From: Blasia pusilla
Lineage: Eukaryota
DNA: 64,000 nucleotides
Assembly (NCBI GenBank): GCA_050084515.1
Contig: CM114271.1
Span: 10,602,001 to 10,666,000, forward strand
Direction of reading: 5' to 3'
Positions 40,511-52,480 of the stretch are shown piece by piece. The notes beneath the pieces were generated by a model, which made no database searches, had not been told where the DNA came from, and worked only from the letters and a program-made list of their open reading frames with translations. The translations under genes and the position numbers were made by a program. Numbering within the stretch: position 1 is the stretch's first letter; each line of letters begins with the position of its first letter.

Positions 40511-43415
40511 CTATATGGGACGTCTTGAAACACGCCCACGAATGTCCCCACCAATGTTGACATCTTTCTCGAGAGGAGTTCCGACTACCCGACGATTGAA
40601 GGCTTCCACATACATTTTCTTATCACCAGATCTCACAATGGCCCTTAAATAGAGCTCGTAAATCGAAGGACCCTTTTGCTTGGTTATACCTTTTGTCAGG
40701 AATATATGGGATGCTACAGTTTGTAGCATTGATCTTGCCTAATTTTATTGGCATGCCTCCACGAGTAATATTTTTTGGCATGTTTGTGATGACCTTGAGG
40801 AGGAATGGACACTCTCGGTTCCACTTGTATTTGGGCAATGGACATTTTCATGAATGTTCAATCCCTACACAAGCCAAATTGTCAATTGATGGAGAAAAAC
40901 CGAACGCTTAAGCGAACAATATGGCAATATGTCGGAATCCGACAGGTTGCAACACCCAAGAACCTCCTATTGCAACCCGTCGGAATCGGACGGGTTGGAA
41001 GTAGGAGACAAGTTTTTTGACCAAAATCTACCTGCAACCTGTCGGATTCCGATGGGTTGCAATAAGAATTTTGTTAGAAATAACAACTTGCAACCCGTCG
41101 GACTTCGACGTGTTGAAAGTAGAATCTGGTCACGAAAAAACTCTTTGCAACCCGTTAGAATTCAATAGGTTGCATCTGTCTGCAACCCGTCGGATAACTA
41201 CCCATTGCACAAAAAAAAATTGGATCTAATTGATTTTGCAACCTTTCGAAATCCGACAGATTGCAGACTAATGTAACTTGTCGATTCTGACGGGTTGTTT
41301 AACCTCTAGAGTTTTCAGGCTATCGGATTCTGACGGGTTGCAACCTCACATTTCGACCACATTTATTTTGCAACAGTTTCTACCTGTGAGCAAGAAAGGA
41401 GAAAATGTTGAACTCACCTGACGCATAAAGTTTCCCCGTTGTCTCATATATACAGTCCACCAACTGAGCCAAGAATACAACTCTTTATATTTTTCCTCAA
41501 TTGCATGCTTCCTCCACCACACATGAAGCTCTTATTGCAACGTTGTAGTAGAGCAACATGCTCTATTCTCTTATTCTCCTTGCTGCAAGATTTCGTGTAG
41601 CGAGTAACGGACTGTTGCCAATGGAAAGTATCCGACCTTTCCCTTTCCGGTTAAACTTCTCCATCCGAGAACACTTCTTTGATAGCAATCCATCATGGGT
41701 TTGAATTTTTGCCATGAACCCATAAATTTCAAGAGGTGGCCTTTTGTTTTCCTTCACCGCCTCCAATGAGAGTAACCAACACATCTTCAAGCTGCCAACA
41801 TCTTCTACTTTTACGTCACAAACAAAAATGTTTTTGAGTCCCTTCTCCACATAGTTGTAAACGTATGCACCCATGGTCAACCATCCATTCAACACCCTAT
41901 AGCAAATATCAAAGCTAATCCTGCTCCCAAATAGATCTTCTCCCTCCCTCATCCTGTCAATAAGATCCAGGCTGCTAGACGGCCCTATAGTAGAAATTTT
42001 GAAGACATAAGCTCTAGATCCCTCCCCTCCTTGACCCATGAATTGCCATCTCTAAAGACATGGAAACCAGGAGTTTGCTTTGATCTTGGCGATTGTATCC
42101 ATCTCTACGGTCTTTCCTGAACCATAAAGTATTCTTATCTACCGCAGCAAGTTCCTGAAGCATTTAGGATCATCAAGAAAGGCCAGATTTTCCCAAAGTT
42201 ATTTTTCCTCAGCTGGTGTGATCTCCCCTTGGCCAGATATTTGGAGCACTTGATCATAGATTTGTGTTGCCCTTGTGAGTTTGATCACTCTAGGCTTAGA
42301 TCCCGGTGAGTTTTTATATACCCTTGCCACTTTCTTGGCCACATCCTCCTTGATGTGTCTGTGAATGGCATGTGTGATAGGATGAGTATGAGATCCAACA
42401 TGAACACACAACCTGGTGTACATGGACATAAAATTGTAGTCATGCACTAGGAAAAAAATGTAAGCGGGACACGCTCTAATGCAAAAAGGGGAGGCTTGAT
42501 AATGAGGACATCGATGGCCACCCGACGATATGGTTGTACCGACCGCATAAGGAGTTTCTACATTTGGGGGGATTTTGAGGTATTGACTATCCCGTTTCGC
42601 TCGAGGAAAGGACATCCATGACGTCTACACTCAAAGGCTCCAACGTATTGGCGACGAGACACAATCCAAGGACCACTTGGATTTGAAGCACTTGTCCGCT
42701 GTAGTCTAGACCATCGATGACAACCGGATTTTCTGTCCATACCCTTCAAGCGTCCTCCATCTTTCTTATGAGTAGGACCAGCAAGTGAAAGCAACTCAAA
42801 AATACAATTTCCATCACATGTGGTTGGCAGCTCATCCACATGAATGTATTTGAACATTTTCAAGGGTAGAGATAAAAGCAAACTATTCCCCGAAACTCGC
42901 AGCAGGAATGAGTAAGCGCTTGTCGGGTCTAATATGTTTCAAACAAATCCTATGAGATTGATGAGATCTAGAATGTCTTCAGTTTGATCCATATTGTCAT
43001 GAACTTGTGAGTTTGGAGTCGATACAGGATTGGCACAAGGAATGGTATCAAACATGGAGCTCACAACACTCGTAGGTTTCAGACTGTCGACATGAGTAAG
43101 AGTGGGCTTCAAAGGTAGGCCATAAACTCTGAATTTTCCATTGGAGTAAGATAAGAGATTCCACACTTTGGAGTCTCCAATCTCTAGCTAGACTATTTCG
43201 CCTATCACGTCATCCGTTTCATCAACCTTGACATCCTTGGAAACGAAGATGGTTCCAATTTGGAGAAGAAATCGGAGTGAGAGGAAACGTTCTTCAACAA
43301 GTATATGAGAGTCAATAGGTTGGGCTCCAATTGAGGAAGGGCTGCTAGATGACTGCCACATGTGAGCTTCACATAATTTTCCATTTGGATCTGACTGTAG
43401 ATATGATTCGATCAA
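40511..43415 (-). pseudogene. Mutator-like (MULE) transposase, decayed, with an intron at 40865-41417
   Basis: WRKY/GCM-like Zn motif C..C..CVHVGSHTHP; core ISFD..GWLTM..IFVCDVKVED..GFM; DTFHWQQ; WLSWW. After a GT-AG intron comes HCPNTSGTESVH, the candidate third catalytic Glu. Confidence 0.65.
40930..41345. repeat. Cluster of short palindromic repeats (caacccgtcggaatccgacgggttg type); further copies at ~43580-43710
   Basis: About 10 degenerate copies of a ~25-bp self-complementary motif. Confidence 0.8.
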
Positions 43416-43791
43416 AAAGGAAAAAAAAAAGAATGAGAATGTTTAATTTATAGTGAATAGTGTCTGTTTATATTCTAATAGAAGATCTCTAAAAGGCGGT
43501 TGGTAGTTAGGTTGAACCATCGCCAACTGACTGGACCAACCGGAAAGGAATATTTGTACATCCTTTCACTTGGATTACAACTCGTCGGACTTTGGCAGGT
43601 TGCAGTGTGGCTATCTTTGATCGAGTCACTTACCGACTGCAAACGCTAGGACTCTTACGCGTTGCAAGGAGTGTTTTTGGTGAACCCGCCGGATTCCGAC
43701 ATGTTACAATTGAAATTGAAAAGTTGCTTGGAGACCAGATAAGTACCTTGACTTGATGCAAGTTCAACGTCAACATCGAGGAACAAACCCG

Positions 43792-44840
43792 ATGATTGAT
43801 CTGGATGATGAAATCACCCCACCTAGGTATTCGGAGACACTAGATAGCTCCCAAATTTAAGTTGAAGTAACTTCTGCAAAATCAGTGAATGTCTTATTTC
43901 AAAATTCCTCTGTTGATGGGACTTCCCAACATCCAATATCAGGGGTTGTTCAACAATATGGAACTCCGATCATTGAGGTAGATTGCAACCTCAAGAGGTG
44001 GCATATTTCTAGAAGCAACCCCCAACATGGACCAACCTATAGGGCAAGATCGGATGAAATTAGGAGAGCATGTGGGACTTCATGAATAAGAAGTGTACAA
44101 GGACTGTGCGACCACTGCCAGGCTTCTGGGGGCTGAAAAATATTCATCATTTTACAAGGATCGGGGATCAATTGAAGTACTTCTTTTGCCCAAATGAATC
44201 ATGCGCTTTCCAAAAATCATATCCAACTGCCATTGGAGCTCCATGGAATATCCCCACGATTTGGCCCATTGTTGTAAGAACCAATTGCACTCAAGAGGAA
44301 GTGGACAATCTTACAAGTGTAGGATTCAGACTCATAGACGGAGGAGGGACTTCGAAATATATTCGCATTACAAAGATATTCACATTTTGGATCCAACATA
44401 AGATTGATGTCAGCTTGTATCCTGAGAAGGCGGATGATCTCAATCCACTATTTTTGTTCGAGTCAAGAAATGAGGTGAAGAGAAACAGAACGTGTAGGTC
44501 AACGGTGGAGAAAGTAAAGCGAATCGCTTTAGCTCAGGAGGCCAACGTGGAAATCATTGCCACAAAAGACGTTCATAGTGGGAATGGAATAGGAAGGATG
44601 TATTGGGTCATGAACAACATTGTGAATTCAAGTGTTTCTGGTATGTATGTTATACACATCTGTTGCTTTCCCACATGTTCGTATGATGACTTTGTCCAAA
44701 GAGAGACAAGTGGGAAAAGGTATTTCCACATATACTATGTTGTGCTTGTAGCTTTAAGAGAGTTGGAGCTATGAGTAGGAATCCATCAACCAATTTTGTC
44801 CCTCAAAGAACTGCAAAGTATCCTAAACAAGCCACTTTGA
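43792..44840 (+). pseudogene. Decayed ORF with a degenerate C-terminal SWIM zinc finger, divergent from the MULE transposase
   Basis: YVIHICCFPTCSYDDF..KRYFHIYYVVL resembles SWIM CxC-xn-CxH; also Cys-rich YFFCPNESC. Confidence 0.5.
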
Positions 44841-47119
44841 GGATGCAACATTAGGTCTCTCAGTAGTTTGGAAATGCCAAATTATTCAATGCAATCTGAA
44901 ACTTTCATCAATGTGTTGAAATGAAATATTTTTCAGACCTTGGATGGAAAAAGTGATTTGTTCCACATTTGTGCTCCAATAAATTTTCCAATTTTATAAC
45001 TATGTGTTGAGAAATGATTGGATGAAGGAAAGTTTCATGTATACTACAACCTGTCTGATTCAAACGGGTTACCATAGTGGGAAGGAGGAAACAAAGTTTG
45101 TGGGAGTGACTAAGGAAGAGAACATAATTGTAATTTTTTTTAAAAAAATTCCTTCCTCTCTTCAACATACAAGAAGCTCTTCAACCTACAGGAAATTCTC
45201 TTAAAAAAAAGATCTCTTTGGGTTGACAATAGTTTCCTCTTTCCTCTCTCCCTCTCTTTCTCTCCTCTTATCGCTCCTCCTTGTTGATTGGAGGATTTTT
45301 CTTCACGACCGAGTTAGGGCCAAGATTTGCACTTGATGAGGAGTGACACTTACATTTTTTTCAGGTTACCCATTCTAGTCTTTTTCCCTATACGTATGAG
45401 GAAATTATGGGAATTGGGTAGTTATTTGGGGATAGATATTGGGTTTAATGCAGATGCTCACAACATTGTTGATGTCTGTGATTTAGGGGACAGAGACCAG
45501 TGTGGAATATCCAAACTTGAGGATGTATTCTATTGATTAGACAATAGGAGAATAGGCAATTTGCGGCACCACGCCGCATAGTACACATCTCAATGAGAGG
45601 GAGTGTAGATTGAGTGCCACATGTTTGGGTTGAGTGATTGAGGGATTACTCGTGAGATTGAGAGTGATCATGTGAGCTGGGCATAAGGCCATCATGCGAG
45701 GCGCCCTTCGAGGACTTTGAGAGGTGAGATGGTGGATTTAAGAGTAGCTCTAGGGGATTCATGCGGAATGGCGCTAGGTTTAATTTTGAGGGTCTCCAAG
45801 TGAGGGACTACCTCGACCTCCTTCTATGATATCTTCAGATGAGGGGAAGGGCGTAGAGGAGTTTTTGAGCACATCATTACACATAGTGAGTGGTCCCACC
45901 ATTTGGGAGTACGAGATGGAAGACTGGGGTAGAGGACTGCGTAGGTTTTTGGGAGCTGTAGGTACGATAGAGTTGCACGACTTCATTATGGAGTTAAGGA
46001 GTTGGTGTGATTCACAACACGCCACGAACTCTAGAGAGTTCAACCCGTTCACAACATGGAAGGGCATGTTCCAAAATTTAGAGGGGGCACCCATGGAAGA
46101 TTACCATGAGTTTTCCCAGAGGTACGCTCATGAGATTGAGGCATGAAGACTCTACTATGATCCATATTATGTATCATGGACTGAGCCATTTCCAGATGAG
46201 GAGGAGGAGCTAGGAGAGGCTACTTCTTCTACCACTAGTGATGTGTTAGGAGGGGTGAGTCGGATTGAGGCAGTTGCATCGTCTAGTGGGGTTTGTCCTA
46301 GGTTCAACCCCGTGGTTGACTTCTTTGCGGAGTTATGGAGCATCCACGACTTCCATAGGCATATAGGAGAGAGTCAAAGGGAGGCATTTACTCGCTTACG
46401 TTGGTTGATTCGTGTCACTTAGGGGATGATAGAGGCCCAGGCTATCCAGGCATGGTACGCAATGCTGGAACAAGACGTGCAGATATGGGTGAGGGATACA
46501 GTACTTCTTATGCACACCTCACCTACGCTAAGAGATGTTTTTGAGATGGCGGAGTGTATTGAGCACAACATGGCCGAGGAGAGCGTAGCAGCTATGGGTC
46601 ACGTGAGAGAGTAGTCACGATTACCTACACCACCAATGGAGCAACGTGGATTCCGGGAGAGGACTATGGCATCACAAGTTGAGGGAGGATACCGAGAGTC
46701 CATGCCAAAGAGACCTAGAGCCTAGAGGTCGTGCGCCAGGTGGTCCTATTGGGGAACAAGGAGTTGGATTTTTCCGAGGGGGTGGTGGAGTTGCGTGTGG
46801 AGAAGGTAGAGGTCCGCCACCTAGAGGCGTTGAGGGATACGCCAGGTGTGAGGATGGGATGGCTACTCAGATAAGGCAGTTGCAGCAATAGATTGCCGTT
46901 ATGGCATTTCGGTTACTCGATGCCGGATCAGTGGCATTGATGTTAATGGAGCAATTAGAGACATGAAAGATCCTGGCTCGATGAGTGGGACTGCAGAGAT
47001 GGAGACAACCGTTCTTATTACTCGTGGAGCAACTGCAAAGTTGGATCCGGAGAGAGGGAAGACCAAAAAATAGACCAAGCTTCCTCAGTCTTTCACGTTA
47101 TCCAAGGCGATGAGGATCA

Positions 47120-48493
47120 TGTAGTACCCACATTTTTGTAATTTTGGCAGAAAGATCAATTTTTGTATAGAAGTTTTCCTTGAGCGAGGACTAAAGACTC
47201 AATACCGAAAGTAAAGAGTCTTATTTTACTGAAATTGTGTGAAAGAGTGACTGATAGAACTCTGATGAGAGGACATGATAAGTTAGAAGGTTAAGGACTG
47301 TCTTGGAAGAGTGAGAATTGTGTAAAAGTAGTAAAAGATAGGAAAATAAGTAAGAAGAGGAAGCGCGGGTACTTTGCGAGGAAGACCGCAGTAAGAATAG
47401 TGTAAAAGACTTTCAACGAAGACTGGAAAAAGCTTCTTTGAAAAGAAGAATGAAGTTAGTCTTTGTGTAAAGACTGGGTACAAAGAATGAAGAGCAAAGA
47501 GCAAAGACTCACGAGCAAAGACTAAGAACTCAAAGAAGATAGGATCGCGAAGATAGGATAGCAAAGATAAAGACTACAAAGACTGCAAAGAGCACAAAGA
47601 GTGTGAAGACCGAACCGTCGCGGCAATTTCGGAAGCCAGAAATGGAGCGGCGCAGCGGCTAAGAAGGAAGAGGAAATGAAACGTCAGGGCAACCAATCGA
47701 CTTAGGAAGATGGAGGGTTGGGAATCTGAATAGAGTAGGTTAGTATTATCAATTAGAATTCTAGTTCAGAATAGGAAGATCAATCGGAGATTATAAAGAC
47801 TATTTAAAGAGCAAATTAGTAGAAGAAGGGGGCATTCCCTGGTGTCTTGAATCTTCCAAATACTTATGATTGAGCGGATGAAGAGGGATTATGCCCTTGT
47901 GTTTGGAATTTCCAGTACTTGTGAGGATTGTGTGAATAGGTTGTTAAGGGATGATCCAAGTTGAAGAGTCTTTTACTTCCTGAAGCTTGTAATAGTTTCT
48001 AGTTCTTTCCACTCTTTGATGCAGTTGAAGTCTCTTCTCTCGTGCTTTCTGATGTACGGAGTTGAGTGTAAAATCTTATTGGGCTGCAGCAGGGATGAGA
48101 GTTCAATCTTGTGATTTCGAAATTCCAAAAGATAATTAGGAAGAGCGTAGGAAAGCTGTTAGACAGTGAGTAACATGCCATGACAGATTCAGTTCTAAAA
48201 GTAGGGTGAGCCACCATTCTTAAGGTCTTCATTGGAGCTTTGTTATTCAAGATTTGCAAGAGTCTTTTTTTGCACTTGATAAGAGTCTTATCTAAGAGGG
48301 AAGAAAACCAATTTATTCTTTTGTACTTGTAAAGGCTGTGTCGTTATAGTTAGTCAGTAAAATCATTGAAGAAGGAGTTATTCTTGTTAATTTTTATAAA
48401 ACCTCTCTTTACTCAAGAATAGTGGTCTCTTGGGAACGAACTTAGTACTTTATGATAGAAAGGAGTATCTTTTTCCTTGAGTTGTCCATTACA
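47120..48493. mobile_element. Solo LTR (1374 bp) of an unrelated family inserted between gag and protease
   Basis: TGTAGT...ATTACA termini and 5-bp TSD gatca/gatcc. The flanks rejoin as LPQSFTLSKAMRIP, matching LPQSFLLSEVLRTP in the 26.5-kb copy. Confidence 0.85.
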
Positions 48494-49692
48494 GATCCCA
48501 TTGATAGGTCTTGATCAGAGTTCCCAAAGAGTTGATGTTGTTGGTATGCAAGCACAAAGGGCGATGGGAGAAGCAAGTGTGACAACTCCTATGGCAAATG
48601 CTCATATGGAGCCCGTGTTGAGTATGTTTTTGGGGACGACCACTACAATGTATCGTGCCCCATGGTTTGCTACTTCCGATGTTACGACGTTAGGAGGTAT
48701 GTCTATTGAGATTTTCTGGCTTGCCGCTACATTATGTGAGCGTGGAGGAGTTGGTGTTCTTGCATCACATTCAGAGATGATTGGAGAGGAGGTGATAGAT
48801 CTGCCCTTGGGGCCTATGCTCGGGCTGTCCATCTCAAAATTCATGGCAGGTTGTGGCTACTAGGATGGTGGAGATGCCCGCTAGATTTGCTATAGAGTGT
48901 GCCATGGTGTCTCAAGGAGTTGTTTTGCTGGATAATCGAGGAGAGGTATTCCATTTGGTGAGTCCAAGAGGTACAGTATTTTGTCCATAGTGTGTCTTGT
49001 TGGATTCAGGAGCGCAACCCCTGATGTTGGGGAAAGCAGCATTTACAAGATTGGGCATGACGAGGGCCGCTATGGAGTGTTGCCCATTGAAGATATAAAT
49101 TTCCTTGGATGGAGTGAGTACAACACAGTTTATCACTCGACATGAGGTCTTGGTGAGGATTCGTCCAGGTCATCCTTCTGATGAGTCCGTGGTGCGGGCC
49201 AAGGCAAGTGTAACCGATGTCGAGTCCTATGACATCTTGGTTGGAGGAGCAATATTTTATCTGATGGGGTTTTCCTTGGATTACTGGGAGGAGTCAGCAT
49301 CCTACAGACCAAGATGGAAATTAGGTGATGGGCGACTTATCTTGTTATCCGTTCGATTCACGGATGGAGTGATCTAGCGACAACTAAGAGAGATGGCGAC
49401 ATTAACATCATTAATCAACAACGCCATCACTTGGCCTGTTGATTTGATCAAGGGGCATGTCCATGCAAGGGACAAACCCATATCTTAAACTTCTATGGAT
49501 AGGAGTGTTATGGTAGCCGCCTCATTCCATGGAGGAGAGGTGCGGCTGTAGGGCTTGAGTGAGGAGCTTCGACGCGTGGCTGATGAGCATGTGCAGATGG
49601 CATTGAGTGAGACGTTTGCACCAGAGCGTGACAGATCAGAGGAACCCGAGGTAGCCAGAAGTGCTACAATATCCTTGGACACCACACCCATT

Positions 49693-50670
49693 GTGTGGCG
49701 CATCCCAAAGGAGGGTATTCTGGTGTTGGATCTCTTTGGAGGGATCAACACTGGATTGGTTGTTGTTTTGCAGGCAAGAGTGCACATGCAGCAGTATCTA
49801 TATGTTGAGCTTGATGAGGTTGCGAGGCACGTTTCACTTCAACATGTGGCGCACTTACGCCTCCATTTTTCCCAACTTGTTTTCTGCGTCCTACGTAAGG
49901 GGTTACGAGAGTTCCCTACGAAATGACATTTCATTGTTGGGGATGTAGGATTTGGAGCAAATAGGGACCATTGATTTGGTCATTGATGGTGAGCCATGTC
50001 AGGGCCAATCGAGTGTTGGACGAGGTAGTGTGTTGGCTGACACTTGATCCAAGTTGTTTTGGGAAATGATGAGGATCTTGCAATATTTGCAAGAGCATCA
50101 GTCCCATTCTCCAACTTACATATTGGAGAATATGCCAATTTAGGGCGATTCGAGGTTACGAGTGGAGACAAATGCACATCAAGTGCGCGTGTGCTTGGAT
50201 CGGCCTAACAATGTTATTGGATGTAGCGAGTATAGGTTCAGAAGCACATCGCCCGATCTATGGTGGACCAACTTGGTGCCACATGAGGTGTTGCATAGGG
50301 CGTATGTGAGAGTGGGGCGCGCCTCCCATTTGTTGGTGGATTCTATTATGGATCCATGTCATCAATCACATGCAGAGAGGCACGATGATTGATCGCCCTT
50401 GACTATAGTCAATAGGGTTGGCATGCCATGGGCAACCTTTCCCACGTTTGTAAGTTTTCGTACTTCCTATGCATACAAGGAAGCCAGACTTGGGTTGGGA
50501 TGGGATGACCAGACTCAACGGTTGGTAAAGCCTATTGCCGATGAGCGAGAGCGAGTGATGAGATTCCCATAAGAGTAATAGTAGTACTGTCACTATCAGA
50601 GGTGTCACGATGTCATGTCTTGGATCAGGCGATGGACCTGAACTGTTTGACATGGATCATCAGCTTAGGA
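49693..50670 (+). pseudogene. DNMT3-like DNA (cytosine-5) methyltransferase domain within the retrotransposon pol, disrupted
   Basis: Motifs in order across frameshifts: I VLDLFGGI, II YLYVELD, III NDI, IV IDLVIDGEPCQGQS (PC at 49994-49999), V D..SKLFWE, VI YILEN, VIII LLDVASIGSEAHRP/LWWTNL, IX ADERERVMRFP, X SEVSRCHVLDQAMDLN. Confidence 0.85.
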
Positions 50671-51211
50671 GTAGTTGAGCAGTTTCGGATCGATGAGGTT
50701 GCAACAAGTCATAGCTCTTGCATTGGTGAGCCCCATGCCTACTTAGACGGTTGAGGCAATGGCAAAGGCCGAGATCTGAGGAGATCGACACACCTTGGAT
50801 GATCCGGAGAGACAACCTTGGATTTCATGGGATATTTTGCAAGTGCGCTGATAGATGATAGCCACAACATCGAGGGTGGATTTGTGGATTGCATTTGGAG
50901 GAGATGAGAGTTTGCAGTTGGCTATAGAGGAGAAGTCGAGTTCGGTTTTCCAAGATGGGGTTGCACCATAGCAACCACCAATGCCTGCGCTTGAGAGTCC
51001 TACGGTAGTCACAATGGAGACTTCGGAGCCAGATATGGGCCCCAAGTTGACACGAGGAGAGCAACGACAGATATATCAGTTCCTGAGGAGTTATAGGAGC
51101 TATTTTGCATTTAGCATACATGATTTGGGTACGTTGAAGGATCCAAGGATCCGCATTGGGTTGTCTAACAACACGCCAATCTTTCGGCGACCCTGTAGGT
51201 ATAGTGATATG

Positions 51212-52480
51212 AACATTACTTATAAATCTCTCATCATCATCTTTCTTCTTCATATTTAGGCCTTCCTCTTCATTGTAAAGTTAATAAATCATGAATTTTT
51301 TTCAGAACATGCATTTGAGTGTCAAGATCCCAATGGAAAAAGAAAATCTCCAAATGACCACCCATAGAGGGATTTAAAAATCCAAAACCCTGAATATGGT
51401 CTCCAAATTTTAAATTGAACATGAAGTATGATATGGGAGATCCACATGATCTAGCAGCAAGAGGGACTTTTCAACCCCACATCTCTAATGTTTCAGCTCC
51501 ATCTAACGGTGGGAACTTAGGATTCTTTAGTAAAGAGGTCGAAATCCCAAAAAGACTCTACACATTACTTGTAAATCACTCATTATGCTCTTTCTTCTTC
51601 ATTTTTTGGCCCTCCTCTTCACCATAAAGTCCATGAACTATGAAAGTTTGTCACAACATGCACTTCTGTATGAGGATCCTAGGAGAAAAAGAAGATCTCT
51701 AAACGACCGTCCATAGAGGGAATTTAAAATCCAAAACCCTTAATATGGTCTCCCAATTTTAAGTGAACATGAAGTGTGATATGTGAGATCCACACCATCG
51801 AGCATTAACCGGGCCTTTGCAACCCCTCATACCTCATGTCTCAGCTCCATCCAATGGTGGGAACTCATGACGCTTATGTAAAAAGATCAAAATCCAAAGA
51901 AGACTTCGGACATTACTTGTAAATCACTCATCATCCTCTTTCTTCTTCATATTTTGGCCCTCCTCTTCACCAAAAAGTCCATAAGTCATGAAAGTTTGTC
52001 ACAATATGCACTTGAGTGTTAGGATCCTAAAGGGAAAAGAAAATCTCCAAATGACCATTCATAGAGGGAATTAGAAATCCAAAACCTTCAATATGGTCTC
52101 CCAATTTTAAATTGAACATGAAATATGATGTGGAAGATCCAAACTGCCCAACAAGAAGAGGACCTTTGCAATCCCACATCCCTCATGTTTTAGCTCCATC
52201 CAACAGTGGGAACTCATGATGCTTGAGTACAAAAGTCAAAATCCAAAGAAGACTTGGAACATTACTTGTAAATCGCACATATTCCTCTTTCTTCTCCATA
52301 TTCTAGCCTTCCTCTTCATAACAAACTCCATAAATCATAAGAGGTTGTCACAAAATGCACTTCAGTGTCACGATCCCAGGGAAAAAAAAAATCTCCAAAT
52401 AACCATCCAAAGAGGGAATTAAAAATCCTAAATTAATTTGGTCATCCAAATTTAAATTGATATATGAAAACTCCTTAAAG
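51212..52480. repeat. Tandem repeat, ~349-bp unit, ~3.6 copies
   Basis: acattacttgtaaatc at ~51212, 51562, 51910 and 52259, with collinear unit content. Confidence 0.9.

Larger units (their letters stand above)
45570..51210 (+). mobile_element. Decayed gypsy element of the same family as 24804-30442: gag - protease - DNMT - start of RT
   Basis: gag FIMELRSWCD..WKGMFQNLEGAPMEDYHEF; protease VLLDSGAQPLMLGKA at 48994, identical to the motif at ~26400; ESYDILVGGA; C5-MTase motifs; RT N-terminus FAFSIHDLGTL..IGLSNNTPIFRRPCRYS. Truncated at 51210; left boundary approximate. Confidence 0.85.

Noticed and set aside
49693-50670. Host DRM/DNMT3 gene or bacterial restriction-modification contamination
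   Set aside because: Intronless, collinear with gypsy protease and RT, decayed like the surrounding element, and with no UBA/PWWP domains or endonuclease partner.
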